NCBI RefSeq assembly: GCF_040383245.1
Contig: NZ_JBEIDX010000010.1
Location: forward strand, 4,387-68,386
From: Flavobacterium sp.
GTDB lineage: Bacteria > Bacteroidota > Bacteroidia > Flavobacteriales > Flavobacteriaceae
DNA length: 64,000 bases
Direction: 5' to 3'
Made by a program: the position numbers and the translations under genes. Below, piece after piece: positions 47,817-56,247 of the stretch (positions are counted from its first letter, which is position 1; every line of letters starts with the position of its first letter). A model generated the notes under the pieces. That model saw only the letters and a program-made list of their open reading frames with translations, was not told where the DNA came from and searched no databases.

Positions 47817-48821
47817 ATGGATGAAGTTTTAAAAATCATTAACGACCTAAAAGCGGGAACTATCAAGCCTATTTATTTTTTAATGGGTGAGGAGCCGTAT
47901 TATATTGATAAATTAACCAAATATATTGAAAACAACATTTTAGGTGAAGACGAAAAAGGGTTCAATCAAACAGTGATTTATGGTCGCGATGCTACAATTG
48001 AAGATATCGTTTCCAATGCAAAACGCTACCCAATGATGGCTGAGCGTCAAGTTGTGGTGGTTCGTGAAGCCCAAGAGTTATCTCGAACAATTGATAAACT
48101 AGAAAGTTATGCCGAAAATCCACAACCAACAACAGTTTTAGTTGTGGCTTATAAATATAAAACCCTCGATAAAAGAAAGAAATTAGTAAAATTGATTGCT
48201 AAAAATGGGGTTTTATTTGAAAGTAAAAAATTATACGAAAATCAGGTTGGGACCTGGATTCAGCGGTTATTGCAAGGTAGAGGATATGCAATAGAACCTA
48301 AAGCGAATGCCATGCTGGTGGAGTTTTTAGGAAATGATTTGAGCAGAATTAGCAATGAATTGGATAAACTTCAAATTATTTTGCCGAAAGGCCATACCAT
48401 CACTCCAAAAGATATTGAATACAATATTGGTTTCAGCAAAGATTTTAATGTATTCGAATTGCAAAATGCTATTGGGTCTAAAGACCAATTGAAAGCCTAT
48501 AAGATTGCTCAATATTTTGCTGATAATCCAAAAGACAATCCTTTAGTGGTTACCGTGAGTTTGGTATTTGGTTTTTTTGTGAAAATTTTAAAATACCACG
48601 GATTGAAAGATAAAGATCCTAGAGCAGCGGCTCCGGTGCTTGGTGTGAATCCTTTTTTTATGAAGGATTATGAAATAGCGCTTCGAAATTATCCAATGAA
48701 AAAGGTAAGTAGCATTGTGGCATCCTTGCGCGAAATAGATGTTAAAAGCAAAGGGGTTGGCGCTAATTCCTTATCCAATCATGATTTACTTAAAGAAATG
48801 TTGGTGAAAATTTTTGCTTAA
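47817..48821 (+). CDS. holA: DNA polymerase III subunit delta
   Basis: About 334 aa. YFLMGEEPYYID N-terminus and the overall HolA pattern. Confidence 0.88.
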   Translation: MDEVLKIINDLKAGTIKPIYFLMGEEPYYIDKLTKYIENNILGEDEKGFNQTVIYGRDATIEDIVSNAKRYPMMAERQVVVVREAQELSRTIDKLESYAENPQPTTVLVVAYKYKTLDKRKKLVKLIAKNGVLFESKKLYENQVGTWIQRLLQGRGYAIEPKANAMLVEFLGNDLSRISNELDKLQIILPKGHTITPKDIEYNIGFSKDFNVFELQNAIGSKDQLKAYKIAQYFADNPKDNPLVVTVSLVFGFFVKILKYHGLKDKDPRAAAPVLGVNPFFMKDYEIALRNYPMKKVSSIVASLREIDVKSKGVGANSLSNHDLLKEMLVKIFA

Positions 48822-48881
48822 TTATTTAGAGCAAAAATTTAAAATAACGATATTTGTGCACCTCAAATTAAATATTAAACT

Positions 48882-49064
48882 ATGGGAATGAATAAAAATA
48901 CTGTTTTAGGATGGGCCACCTTTATTATGATCATAATGGGTCTTATTTTAATTGGACTAGGAGTTTATAAATATGCCGATGTGGCTGGTTGGGGATTTGG
49001 CGCTGTTGGCGTTGGTTTCTTGGCGAATGCATGGGTGTTTAATGCGTTAAAAGGAAGAGTATAA
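48882..49064 (+). CDS. small two-TM membrane protein (60 aa)
   Basis: Two hydrophobic helices; lies 18 nt upstream of ettA. No family recognised. Confidence 0.5.
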   Translation: MGMNKNTVLGWATFIMIIMGLILIGLGVYKYADVAGWGFGAVGVGFLANAWVFNALKGRV

Positions 49065-49082
49065 TAATATAAAATCAATAAA

Positions 49083-50771
49083 ATGTCAGATGATAAAAAG
49101 GTGATTTTCTCAATGCAAAAATTGAGTAAATCCTACCAAGGAAGTGATAAACAAGTTTTAAAAAATATCTATTTGAGTTTCTTTTATGGAGCTAAAATTG
49201 GTATCCTGGGATTGAATGGTTCTGGTAAATCTTCTTTGCTTAAAATTATTGCAGGAGTAGATAAAAATTACCAAGGCGATGTGGTTTTTCAACCGGGATA
49301 TACTGTTGGGTATTTAGAGCAAGAGCCACAATTAGACGAAACTAAAACTGTAATTGAAGTTGTTCGTGAAGGAGTTGCCGAAACGGTAGCCATTTTGGAC
49401 GAATTCAATAAAATCAACGACATGTTTGGTTTGCCTGAAGTGTATGAAGATGCAGATAAAATGCAAAAATTGATGGATCGTCAAGCGGATTTGCAAGATA
49501 AAATTGATGCAACGGGCGCTTGGGAACTGGATACCAAACTAGAAATTGCCATGGATGCGTTGCGAACTCCGGATGGAGATATGCCAATAAATGTATTGTC
49601 TGGTGGGGAGAAACGTAGAGTAGCATTGTGTAGATTGTTATTACAACAGCCGGATGTATTGTTGTTAGATGAGCCTACCAACCACTTGGATGCAGAAAGC
49701 GTTCTTTGGCTTGAGCAACATTTATCGCAATATGCAGGAACTGTTATTGCGGTAACACACGACAGGTATTTCTTAGATAATGTAGCAGGTTGGATTTTAG
49801 AATTGGATCGAGGAGAAGGTATTCCATGGAAAGGAAATTATTCTTCTTGGTTGGATCAAAAATCGAAACGAATGGAACAGGAAGAGAAAGTAGCTTCCAA
49901 AAGAAGAAAAACATTAGAGCGTGAGTTGGATTGGGTACGTCAAGGAGCGAAAGGAAGACAAACCAAACAAAAAGCACGTTTACAGAATTATGATAAATTA
50001 TTAAATGAAGATCAGAAAGAATTAGATGAAAAATTAGAAATCTACATTCCGAATGGACCTCGTTTAGGAACAAATGTGATTGAAGCAAAAGGAGTTGCTA
50101 AAGCTTTTGGCGACAAATTATTATACGATGATTTGAATTTTACGCTACCACAAGCTGGAATTGTTGGAATTATTGGGCCAAACGGTGCCGGTAAATCAAC
50201 TATCTTCAGAATGATCATGAAAGAACAAGAGCCAGATGGCGGAGAGTTCACAATTGGGGAAACCGTTAAGATTGCTTATGTAGATCAGTCGCATTCTAAT
50301 ATTGATCCTAATAAATCTATTTGGGAAAACTTTTGTGACGGACAAGAATTAATCATGATGGGTGGCCGTCAGGTGAATTCAAGAGCGTATTTGTCTCGTT
50401 TTAATTTTGGTGGAAGCGAGCAAAACAAAAAAGTAGCTGCTTTATCTGGAGGTGAACGAAACCGTCTTCACTTGGCCATGACTTTAAAGGAAGAAGGAAA
50501 CGTACTTTTACTGGATGAGCCTACCAATGATTTAGATATCAATACCCTTAGAGCATTAGAAGAAGGTTTAGAGAATTTTGCGGGTTGTGCTGTAGTTATT
50601 TCGCACGACAGGTGGTTCTTGGATCGAATTTGCACGCACATTCTTGCTTTTGAAGGCGATTCGCAAGTGTATTGTTTTGAAGGAGGATTTTCTGAATATG
50701 AAGAAAATAAACGCAAGCGTTTAGGGGATGTAAATCCAACTCGTATTAAATACAAAAAATTAATTCGATAA
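49083..50771 (+). CDS. ettA: energy-dependent translational throttle protein EttA (ABC-F)
   Basis: Two NBDs (GLNGSGKSS / GPNGAGKST, LSGGEKRR / LSGGERNR) with the ABC-F linker; length and termini match EttA. Confidence 0.95.
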   Translation: MSDDKKVIFSMQKLSKSYQGSDKQVLKNIYLSFFYGAKIGILGLNGSGKSSLLKIIAGVDKNYQGDVVFQPGYTVGYLEQEPQLDETKTVIEVVREGVAETVAILDEFNKINDMFGLPEVYEDADKMQKLMDRQADLQDKIDATGAWELDTKLEIAMDALRTPDGDMPINVLSGGEKRRVALCRLLLQQPDVLLLDEPTNHLDAESVLWLEQHLSQYAGTVIAVTHDRYFLDNVAGWILELDRGEGIPWKGNYSSWLDQKSKRMEQEEKVASKRRKTLERELDWVRQGAKGRQTKQKARLQNYDKLLNEDQKELDEKLEIYIPNGPRLGTNVIEAKGVAKAFGDKLLYDDLNFTLPQAGIVGIIGPNGAGKSTIFRMIMKEQEPDGGEFTIGETVKIAYVDQSHSNIDPNKSIWENFCDGQELIMMGGRQVNSRAYLSRFNFGGSEQNKKVAALSGGERNRLHLAMTLKEEGNVLLLDEPTNDLDINTLRALEEGLENFAGCAVVISHDRWFLDRICTHILAFEGDSQVYCFEGGFSEYEENKRKRLGDVNPTRIKYKKLIR

Positions 50772-50781
50772 GTATATAAAT

Positions 50782-50811
50782 AAAAAACGCTGGTTAATAC
50801 CAGCGTTTTTT
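50782..50811. terminator. bidirectional terminator; the loop contains the stop codon of the DEAD-box gene
   Basis: aacgctgg ttaata ccagcgtt hairpin flanked by A- and T-runs. Confidence 0.8.
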
Positions 50812-52041
50812 ATTCTTTTTAGAACCTTCTGATTTTCTTGAATTTGAAGGTGCATTTTTCTTATTTCTTAAATCGGGTTTTGCATCCGGATTTTCAGGAA
50901 TGTCAGTGTAAGGATACGGATGATCATTTACGACTTTGACATTTATTTTAATTAACTTTTCAATATCTTTCCAATAGGGTTGTTCGTCTTTGGCACAAAA
51001 AGAAATCGCCAATCCGCTATTTCCTGCTCTACCTGTTCTTCCAATTCGGTGTACATAGGTTTCAGAAATATTCGGAATATCAAAGTTTATCACAAAAGGC
51101 AAACTTTCAATGTCAATTCCACGCGCTGCAATATCGGTGGCAACCAAAACAGAAATCTCTTTATTTTTAAACGCATCAAGAACGCGTTGTCTTGCATTTT
51201 GAGATTTATCGCCATGAATGGCTTCGGCAGTGACATTGTTCTTTTTAAGCGCTTTTACCACATTATCTGCGCCGTGTTTAGTTCTGGTAAAAACCAAAAC
51301 ATTATCAATCTTGTCGTTTCGAATGATGTGGTATAAAAGTTTGCGTTTGTCTTCTTTACCCACAAAATATACTTTTTGATTCACCGTTTCGGCTGTGGAA
51401 GAAACCGGAGTAACCGAAACATATTTAGGTTTCGTTAAAAAAGTATCGGCAAGTTCTCTAATTGCCATTGGCATAGTGGCCGAAAATAAAAGCGTTTGAC
51501 GGTTGTCTGGAGTTAGTTTTACAATCTTTTTTACATCGTTTATAAAACCCATGTCCAGCATTTGATCGGCTTCGTCTAAAACCAAGAAATGCAAATGATC
51601 CAAATCAATAAATCCTTGTTTGTGAAGGTCTAATAATCTTCCTGGAGTAGCAATTAAGATGTCAATTCCTTTTTTCAGTTGGTCTACTTGCGGCACCTGA
51701 CTTACCCCTCCAAATACCACCATCGAACGGATGTTGGTGTATTTTCCGTAGGTATTGAAACTCTCGTCTATTTGAATGGCTAGTTCTCGCGTTGGCGTAA
51801 CCACAAGTGTGCGTATGTTTTTTTTCTTAGCAGAAGAGCCTACTAAGCGGTGTAAATAGTTGATGATTGGTATTGCAAAAGCCGCTGTTTTTCCGGTACC
51901 GGTTTGGGCACAACCCACTAAATCGGTTCCTTCTAAAATAATTGGAATTGCTTGCTGCTGAATAGGAGTGGGGTTGGTGTATCCTTCTTCTGTTAAGGCT
52001 TGCTGTATGTTTTTTAATAAATTTAATTCGCTGAAAGTCAT
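50794..52041 (-). CDS. DEAD-box ATP-dependent RNA helicase (RhlE-like) with basic tail
   Basis: Q-motif, AQTGTGKT, DEAD, SAT, HRIGRTGRAG; Lys/Arg-rich C-terminus. Confidence 0.95.
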   Translation of the reverse strand: MTFSELNLLKNIQQALTEEGYTNPTPIQQQAIPIILEGTDLVGCAQTGTGKTAAFAIPIINYLHRLVGSSAKKKNIRTLVVTPTRELAIQIDESFNTYGKYTNIRSMVVFGGVSQVPQVDQLKKGIDILIATPGRLLDLHKQGFIDLDHLHFLVLDEADQMLDMGFINDVKKIVKLTPDNRQTLLFSATMPMAIRELADTFLTKPKYVSVTPVSSTAETVNQKVYFVGKEDKRKLLYHIIRNDKIDNVLVFTRTKHGADNVVKALKKNNVTAEAIHGDKSQNARQRVLDAFKNKEISVLVATDIAARGIDIESLPFVINFDIPNISETYVHRIGRTGRAGNSGLAISFCAKDEQPYWKDIEKLIKINVKVVNDHPYPYTDIPENPDAKPDLRNKKNAPSNSRKSEGSKKNKKRWY

Positions 52042-52072
52042 AATTAGTTACTTGAACTGTTTCAAGTGACTG

Positions 52073-52080
52073 CAAAGATA
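52073..52080 (-). promoter_or_regulatory. -7 box TAtcTTTG for the DEAD-box helicase gene
   Basis: Minus-strand tatctttg 31 nt upstream of the ATG. The leader contains the hairpin cttgaa/ttcaag. Confidence 0.45.
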
Positions 52081-52152
52081 GGTTATATTTTTTAAGCGCT
52101 ATTTTTCATTTCAAATGAAGAGTATTTTGAATTTACTTGTCATTTATTTCGA

Positions 52153-52875
52153 TTAATTGTCTTTTATATCTGAATCAATAATTGTGTTTTGTGATGTTGT
52201 TCGGAACAATTCTATAAAATAACCAATTTGAAAAAAGTCTCGACCTGTTTCATCATTTATTTTGTAGTCTAACTGATGTAAATAACCAATTTGTATAGTT
52301 GTTGCTTTTGATGGTTTGTAGTTAAATGCAAGTAACATTCTGTTTCTTTCAAAATAAGGTTCTTTGTCAGTAAAAAATAGTTCATTACTTGCACTAACTT
52401 GAAAGGGTTTGTATTCATTTCGCAATTTTCCAAAAGGATAAGAAACACCAAGTCTATAACGAAAACGGTTGCGGTAGCCATTACTTGTATATCTCAATTC
52501 TGCACGATATCGTTGTTCTATTTTAAGTTTGTAGATTGATTGAAAAAGAATAAACTGAGGCCAAATTCTGAATTCATTATTATTTTTTGGTAAAACAAAA
52601 TCACCGCCTTCTTTGTAGGTTTGGTAACTGCCCGCACCTAAACTTAGCTTTACATTTTTATGAACTTTGAAGTTAATACCACCTTTAAACTCATAATAGT
52701 GAAAGTCATTGTAAAATTTTAATGAACGCATTTGTCCTTCTCCAAAAAAACTTAATTTTTCGTCAAGATTATATTTTAAGTTCAGAATATTCCAACTGCC
52801 AAGGTCAAAAGTCTGTGCAGTTATTGTATTTATTGAATAATAAAACACAATAGTATTTAGAAATAATATTCTCAT
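52153..52875 (-). CDS. DUF2490 domain outer-membrane protein
   Basis: Signal peptide; beta-rich repeats with RYRLG.., QIGY patterns as in DUF2490. Confidence 0.75.
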   Translation of the reverse strand: MRILFLNTIVFYYSINTITAQTFDLGSWNILNLKYNLDEKLSFFGEGQMRSLKFYNDFHYYEFKGGINFKVHKNVKLSLGAGSYQTYKEGGDFVLPKNNNEFRIWPQFILFQSIYKLKIEQRYRAELRYTSNGYRNRFRYRLGVSYPFGKLRNEYKPFQVSASNELFFTDKEPYFERNRMLLAFNYKPSKATTIQIGYLHQLDYKINDETGRDFFQIGYFIELFRTTSQNTIIDSDIKDN

Positions 52876-52883
52876 TTAATAAC

Positions 52884-53393
52884 TTATTTAGATTTTCCTT
52901 TATTTTGAGTAACAGAAAATGATTTTTCAAAGAAATGAGAATTGGGTATTGTAATTATTTCGTTATCGCTTGTTTTTATATACACAAAAAAGTAGTTCAT
53001 TTCTGTCACTTCTCCTTCAAAATGATAATCTTTGTGTAATACTTTTACATAATCTCCTAATTTTACTGGATGATTAAAGAAAATCAAGATGCTCGAAGTT
53101 ATATTTGAAAGTAATGACCATTGAGCAAAAAAAGCTATGCCTAAAGCTGTTAAAATTGTACTTGCAAATAATGCAATTTCATTTTGTTTAAATCCCCAAA
53201 CTCCCGTTAGAAGAATAATTAGAGTGATTGTCGAAAATAGCTGTAATGATCTAATAGCCATTTTCCTCCTACTTCTTTCCAATCGGGTTTTTTTCAGAAA
53301 ATTATTGATTACTGTTTTAAAAATAAAATACAAAATTATATAGCAAACTACTATTACTATAGTTTCAATAATTTGAATGTTGAACGCCTTCAT
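52884..53393 (-). CDS. small mechanosensitive (MscS-like) channel family protein, truncated architecture
   Basis: 3 TM helices plus the start of the MscS beta domain (FNHPVKLGDYVKV...GEVTEMN...ITIPNS). No C-terminal alpha/beta domain. Confidence 0.7.
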   Translation of the reverse strand: MKAFNIQIIETIVIVVCYIILYFIFKTVINNFLKKTRLERSRRKMAIRSLQLFSTITLIILLTGVWGFKQNEIALFASTILTALGIAFFAQWSLLSNITSSILIFFNHPVKLGDYVKVLHKDYHFEGEVTEMNYFFVYIKTSDNEIITIPNSHFFEKSFSVTQNKGKSK

Positions 53394-53740
53394 TGACTAA
53401 TTTTGTTTAGTTTCTTTAACTTTTCCAACTTGGCTACTATTTTCATAAAATAACGAGACTTTTGGTAGTAAGTGATCAAGTTATTGTTGAAAGAACCGCT
53501 TGGAATTATCATTCCATTTTTTTTGATATACTATGAACTGTTTTATGTTATTTGCAAGTGTAGGTTTTTTTTTGGTGTTATATTTATAACATTTTCCATT
53601 TCAATCTAATGTTTTTTTGCACTTACATAACAAATATAACTAAAAATTTTAATTTAAGACATTTCCAATTTCTTATAAATCTCAAGCCCCACTTTTGCCT
53701 AATCCATTTTTTGCGGTCGGTTTTTTTTCTGTCAGAAGTT

Positions 53741-55705
53741 TTACTCCCCAACCAAATACTTCTTCAAAAACCAAGAAATCGATGTGTAAGTATAATCACG
53801 ATTTGCTTTTTTTGCAATTCCGTGTCCTTCGTCTTTTGCTCTAATATAGCTTACAGGCACCCCATTTTGCTTCAAAGCTTCCACCATTTGTTCAGATTCA
53901 GATAAAGGAACACGAGGGTCGTTTTCACCTTGATAAATAAGCATCGGCTTGGTAATGTTTTTGATATTTGTTAAGGGACTTATTTTTTCAAAATGTTCCG
54001 CCATTTTGGGGTCGCGCTCATCACCGTATTCTGCTCTTCGCAAATCCACCCGATAAGCAGAAGTATTTTTTAAGAAGGAAACAAAATTGGAAATGCCAAA
54101 TAAGTCTATTCCACATTTTAGCCTGTTGTTGTAGTTTGTCATACAGGCCAGGCTCATGTAACCACCATAACTACCACCAATTACAGCCACTCGTGAAGAA
54201 TCCAAATTGGGCTGAGTGGCGATCCAGTCGAGCAAAGCCCCGATGTCTTTAACTGAATTTTCACGCAACATAGCATTATCTAATTTTAAATAGGTTTTTC
54301 CATAACCTGATGACCCCCGAACATTTGGTACCAAAATGGCAATACCCAACTCGTTTGCCCAATATTGATTAAAGGCATTGAAACTTGCCGTTGATTGACC
54401 TTCGGGACCTCCATGAATACTTATGAGAACTGGCAGTTTTCTAATCGCATTTTTAGGCGTAATAAGAAAAGAGGGAATCATTCGAGTCTTGCCAGTTTGC
54501 TCGTCCTTGTCAAAAGTTGAATATTCAATCAATTTTGCTTGGCTAAAATTTTCAGGGTTCAAACCCGCAGTTTCGCTAAAAGTCCATCGTTCTGTTTTGT
54601 TGGCTTTCAAATTGTGGACATACACTTCAGAGGTTTGACTTGGTGTTGATAAGCCAAAAGCAATTAGATTGTTATCTTTGTTAAATTTCATTTGAGTAAT
54701 TACACCTGGCGACCCTAAATTTAGAGGGGAATATTTTAGGGTTTTAGTATCCATCAAATAAGATTTTGAATAACCTCCCTCGTTTATAACAAAGGCCAGT
54801 TTTGAACCATTTTCCGAAAGTTCCATGATAACTACATCATTATTAATGTCAATAATTTTGGACATTTTTTTTGTCGCTAAATCATAATATCGTAAAGTCC
54901 TAAATTCTGTATCTTCATCGGAAGTAAAGAAAATTCCTTTACCGTCTTTTGAAAATATAAAATTACCGTATGAAATTTGTTTGCCAGTTGGATTGATTTC
55001 CTCTATTTTACCTGAGGCGGTGTCTAATAAATATGCTTTTACCTCATTAATTGAAGCATAGTTTGTGACAATCATACGACTTTCGTCTTGGTTCCAGTCG
55101 GCAATATTCCAGCCACCACCTTTATTTTCTAAAATCATTTTGGTATCAGACAGATTATCCAGTGGCGCAATATAAAAATCCAAATCTTTTCCGGTTCGTT
55201 TGGTAGAGGTAAATGCTATTTTATCACCCTGTTTATTCCACAAATAGCTTCCATTACGACTTTTTCCATCAGTCAAAAGCTTGGAAGTGCCGTATTTTCT
55301 ATTCCAATAATAGATTTGAAACTGCTCATTACCACCAATATCCCTACTGTAAAGAAAGCCGTCTTTTCCTGGATTGGGGCAAGTGGAAACGCTAGTTACA
55401 GGTTCTTTAAAAAAAGTAATTTGCTCCCGATATGCCCCCGCCTTACTTACATTGTGTATTTGTGCCACATCGGCAAAGCGGGTGGTGATATAAAGTCCCT
55501 TTCCCGAAGCATCCCAATCGGCAAAATTTGCACTTCGGATGTTTTGATATTGCTCCAACTTTTCTGAAATAGACGAAGGAATTTCTCCCACACCCTCTAC
55601 CAAAAGGTTTCCAATGGGAGTTCGTTGTGCTATTAGCGTAAAGCTAAATAGGTTCAGCAAGGCAAAACCAATTGCTGTTTGCAAGAATGAGCGTTTATTT
55701 TTCAT
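53741..55705 (-). CDS. S9 family (prolyl oligopeptidase-type) serine peptidase with beta-propeller
   Basis: Signal peptide, propeller region, GGSYGGYM nucleophile, and a D...H catalytic tail (GENDPRVP, DEGHG). Confidence 0.92.
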   Translation of the reverse strand: MKNKRSFLQTAIGFALLNLFSFTLIAQRTPIGNLLVEGVGEIPSSISEKLEQYQNIRSANFADWDASGKGLYITTRFADVAQIHNVSKAGAYREQITFFKEPVTSVSTCPNPGKDGFLYSRDIGGNEQFQIYYWNRKYGTSKLLTDGKSRNGSYLWNKQGDKIAFTSTKRTGKDLDFYIAPLDNLSDTKMILENKGGGWNIADWNQDESRMIVTNYASINEVKAYLLDTASGKIEEINPTGKQISYGNFIFSKDGKGIFFTSDEDTEFRTLRYYDLATKKMSKIIDINNDVVIMELSENGSKLAFVINEGGYSKSYLMDTKTLKYSPLNLGSPGVITQMKFNKDNNLIAFGLSTPSQTSEVYVHNLKANKTERWTFSETAGLNPENFSQAKLIEYSTFDKDEQTGKTRMIPSFLITPKNAIRKLPVLISIHGGPEGQSTASFNAFNQYWANELGIAILVPNVRGSSGYGKTYLKLDNAMLRENSVKDIGALLDWIATQPNLDSSRVAVIGGSYGGYMSLACMTNYNNRLKCGIDLFGISNFVSFLKNTSAYRVDLRRAEYGDERDPKMAEHFEKISPLTNIKNITKPMLIYQGENDPRVPLSESEQMVEALKQNGVPVSYIRAKDEGHGIAKKANRDYTYTSISWFLKKYLVGE

Positions 55706-55968
55706 TTTTAAAATTTATATATGAATAATATTTTGATTTCAATTAGAGTGCGGTCTCTTAAAAACTGCCGCCTAACTCATGTACACGCAGTGTATTGCGT
55801 ATTTTTATTTTGCCAACATTAAAACAATAGAAATCAACACATTAAATTCGGCTATGTTTTAAGGATTTTTTTTGTCAATATTTAATTTATTTCAAATGTA
55901 GTTTTTTTTTATAATTTATCTAAACGACTAATTATTTTTCTATATTGTTTTTATATCTTTTAGCCCTA

Positions 55969-55976
55969 TAATTTTG
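55969..55976 (+). promoter_or_regulatory. orphan -7 box TAatTTTG (with TTG 21 nt upstream) and no annotated downstream gene
   Basis: taattttgccctatt shares tttgccctatt with the OMP-1 promoter. The next plus-strand terminator is at 56212..56245. Confidence 0.35.
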
Positions 55977-56211
55977 CCCTATTTTTCAATACCGTGTTTG
56001 GTATCTAAGTTGCAGTTTTCAATGGTCTATTCAATTGTTTTTAAGAAGTTATTTTGTAAGTTCAATTACATCCTCCCAAATATGTTGTTTGCCAAATTCA
56101 CCCAAGTTTAAAATGTAATTTCCATCTTTGTCAATTACAGCGGAGCTAAAACAAGGATAATGCATTTTAAATAATAATTTACTTAAAGAACAATTTTACT
56201 ATTTTGTCAAT

Positions 56212-56245
56212 AAAAAAAGTCCGAATTAATTCGGACTTTTTTTAA
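56212..56245. terminator. bidirectional intrinsic terminator
   Basis: agtccgaa ttaa ttcggact perfect 8-bp hairpin flanked by A7 and T7. Terminates the T9SS gene on the minus strand. Confidence 0.85.
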
Positions 56246-56247
56246 AT

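Noticed and set aside
50980-51336. 118-aa ORF antisense to the DEAD-box helicase gene
   Set aside because: Shadow ORF; the DEAD-box motifs occupy the opposite strand throughout.
53609-53905. 98-aa plus-strand ORF spanning the gap and the 3' end of the S9 peptidase gene
   Set aside because: Phe/Leu-rich junk-like sequence. It overlaps the conserved catalytic His region of the peptidase on the other strand.
56049-56165. 38-codon minus-strand ORF (MHYPCFSSAVIDKDGNYILNLGEFGKQHIWEDVIELTK) in the large gap
   Set aside because: It is too short, has no upstream promoter box and has no recognisable family. It is kept only as a possible gene remnant under the orphan-unit finding.
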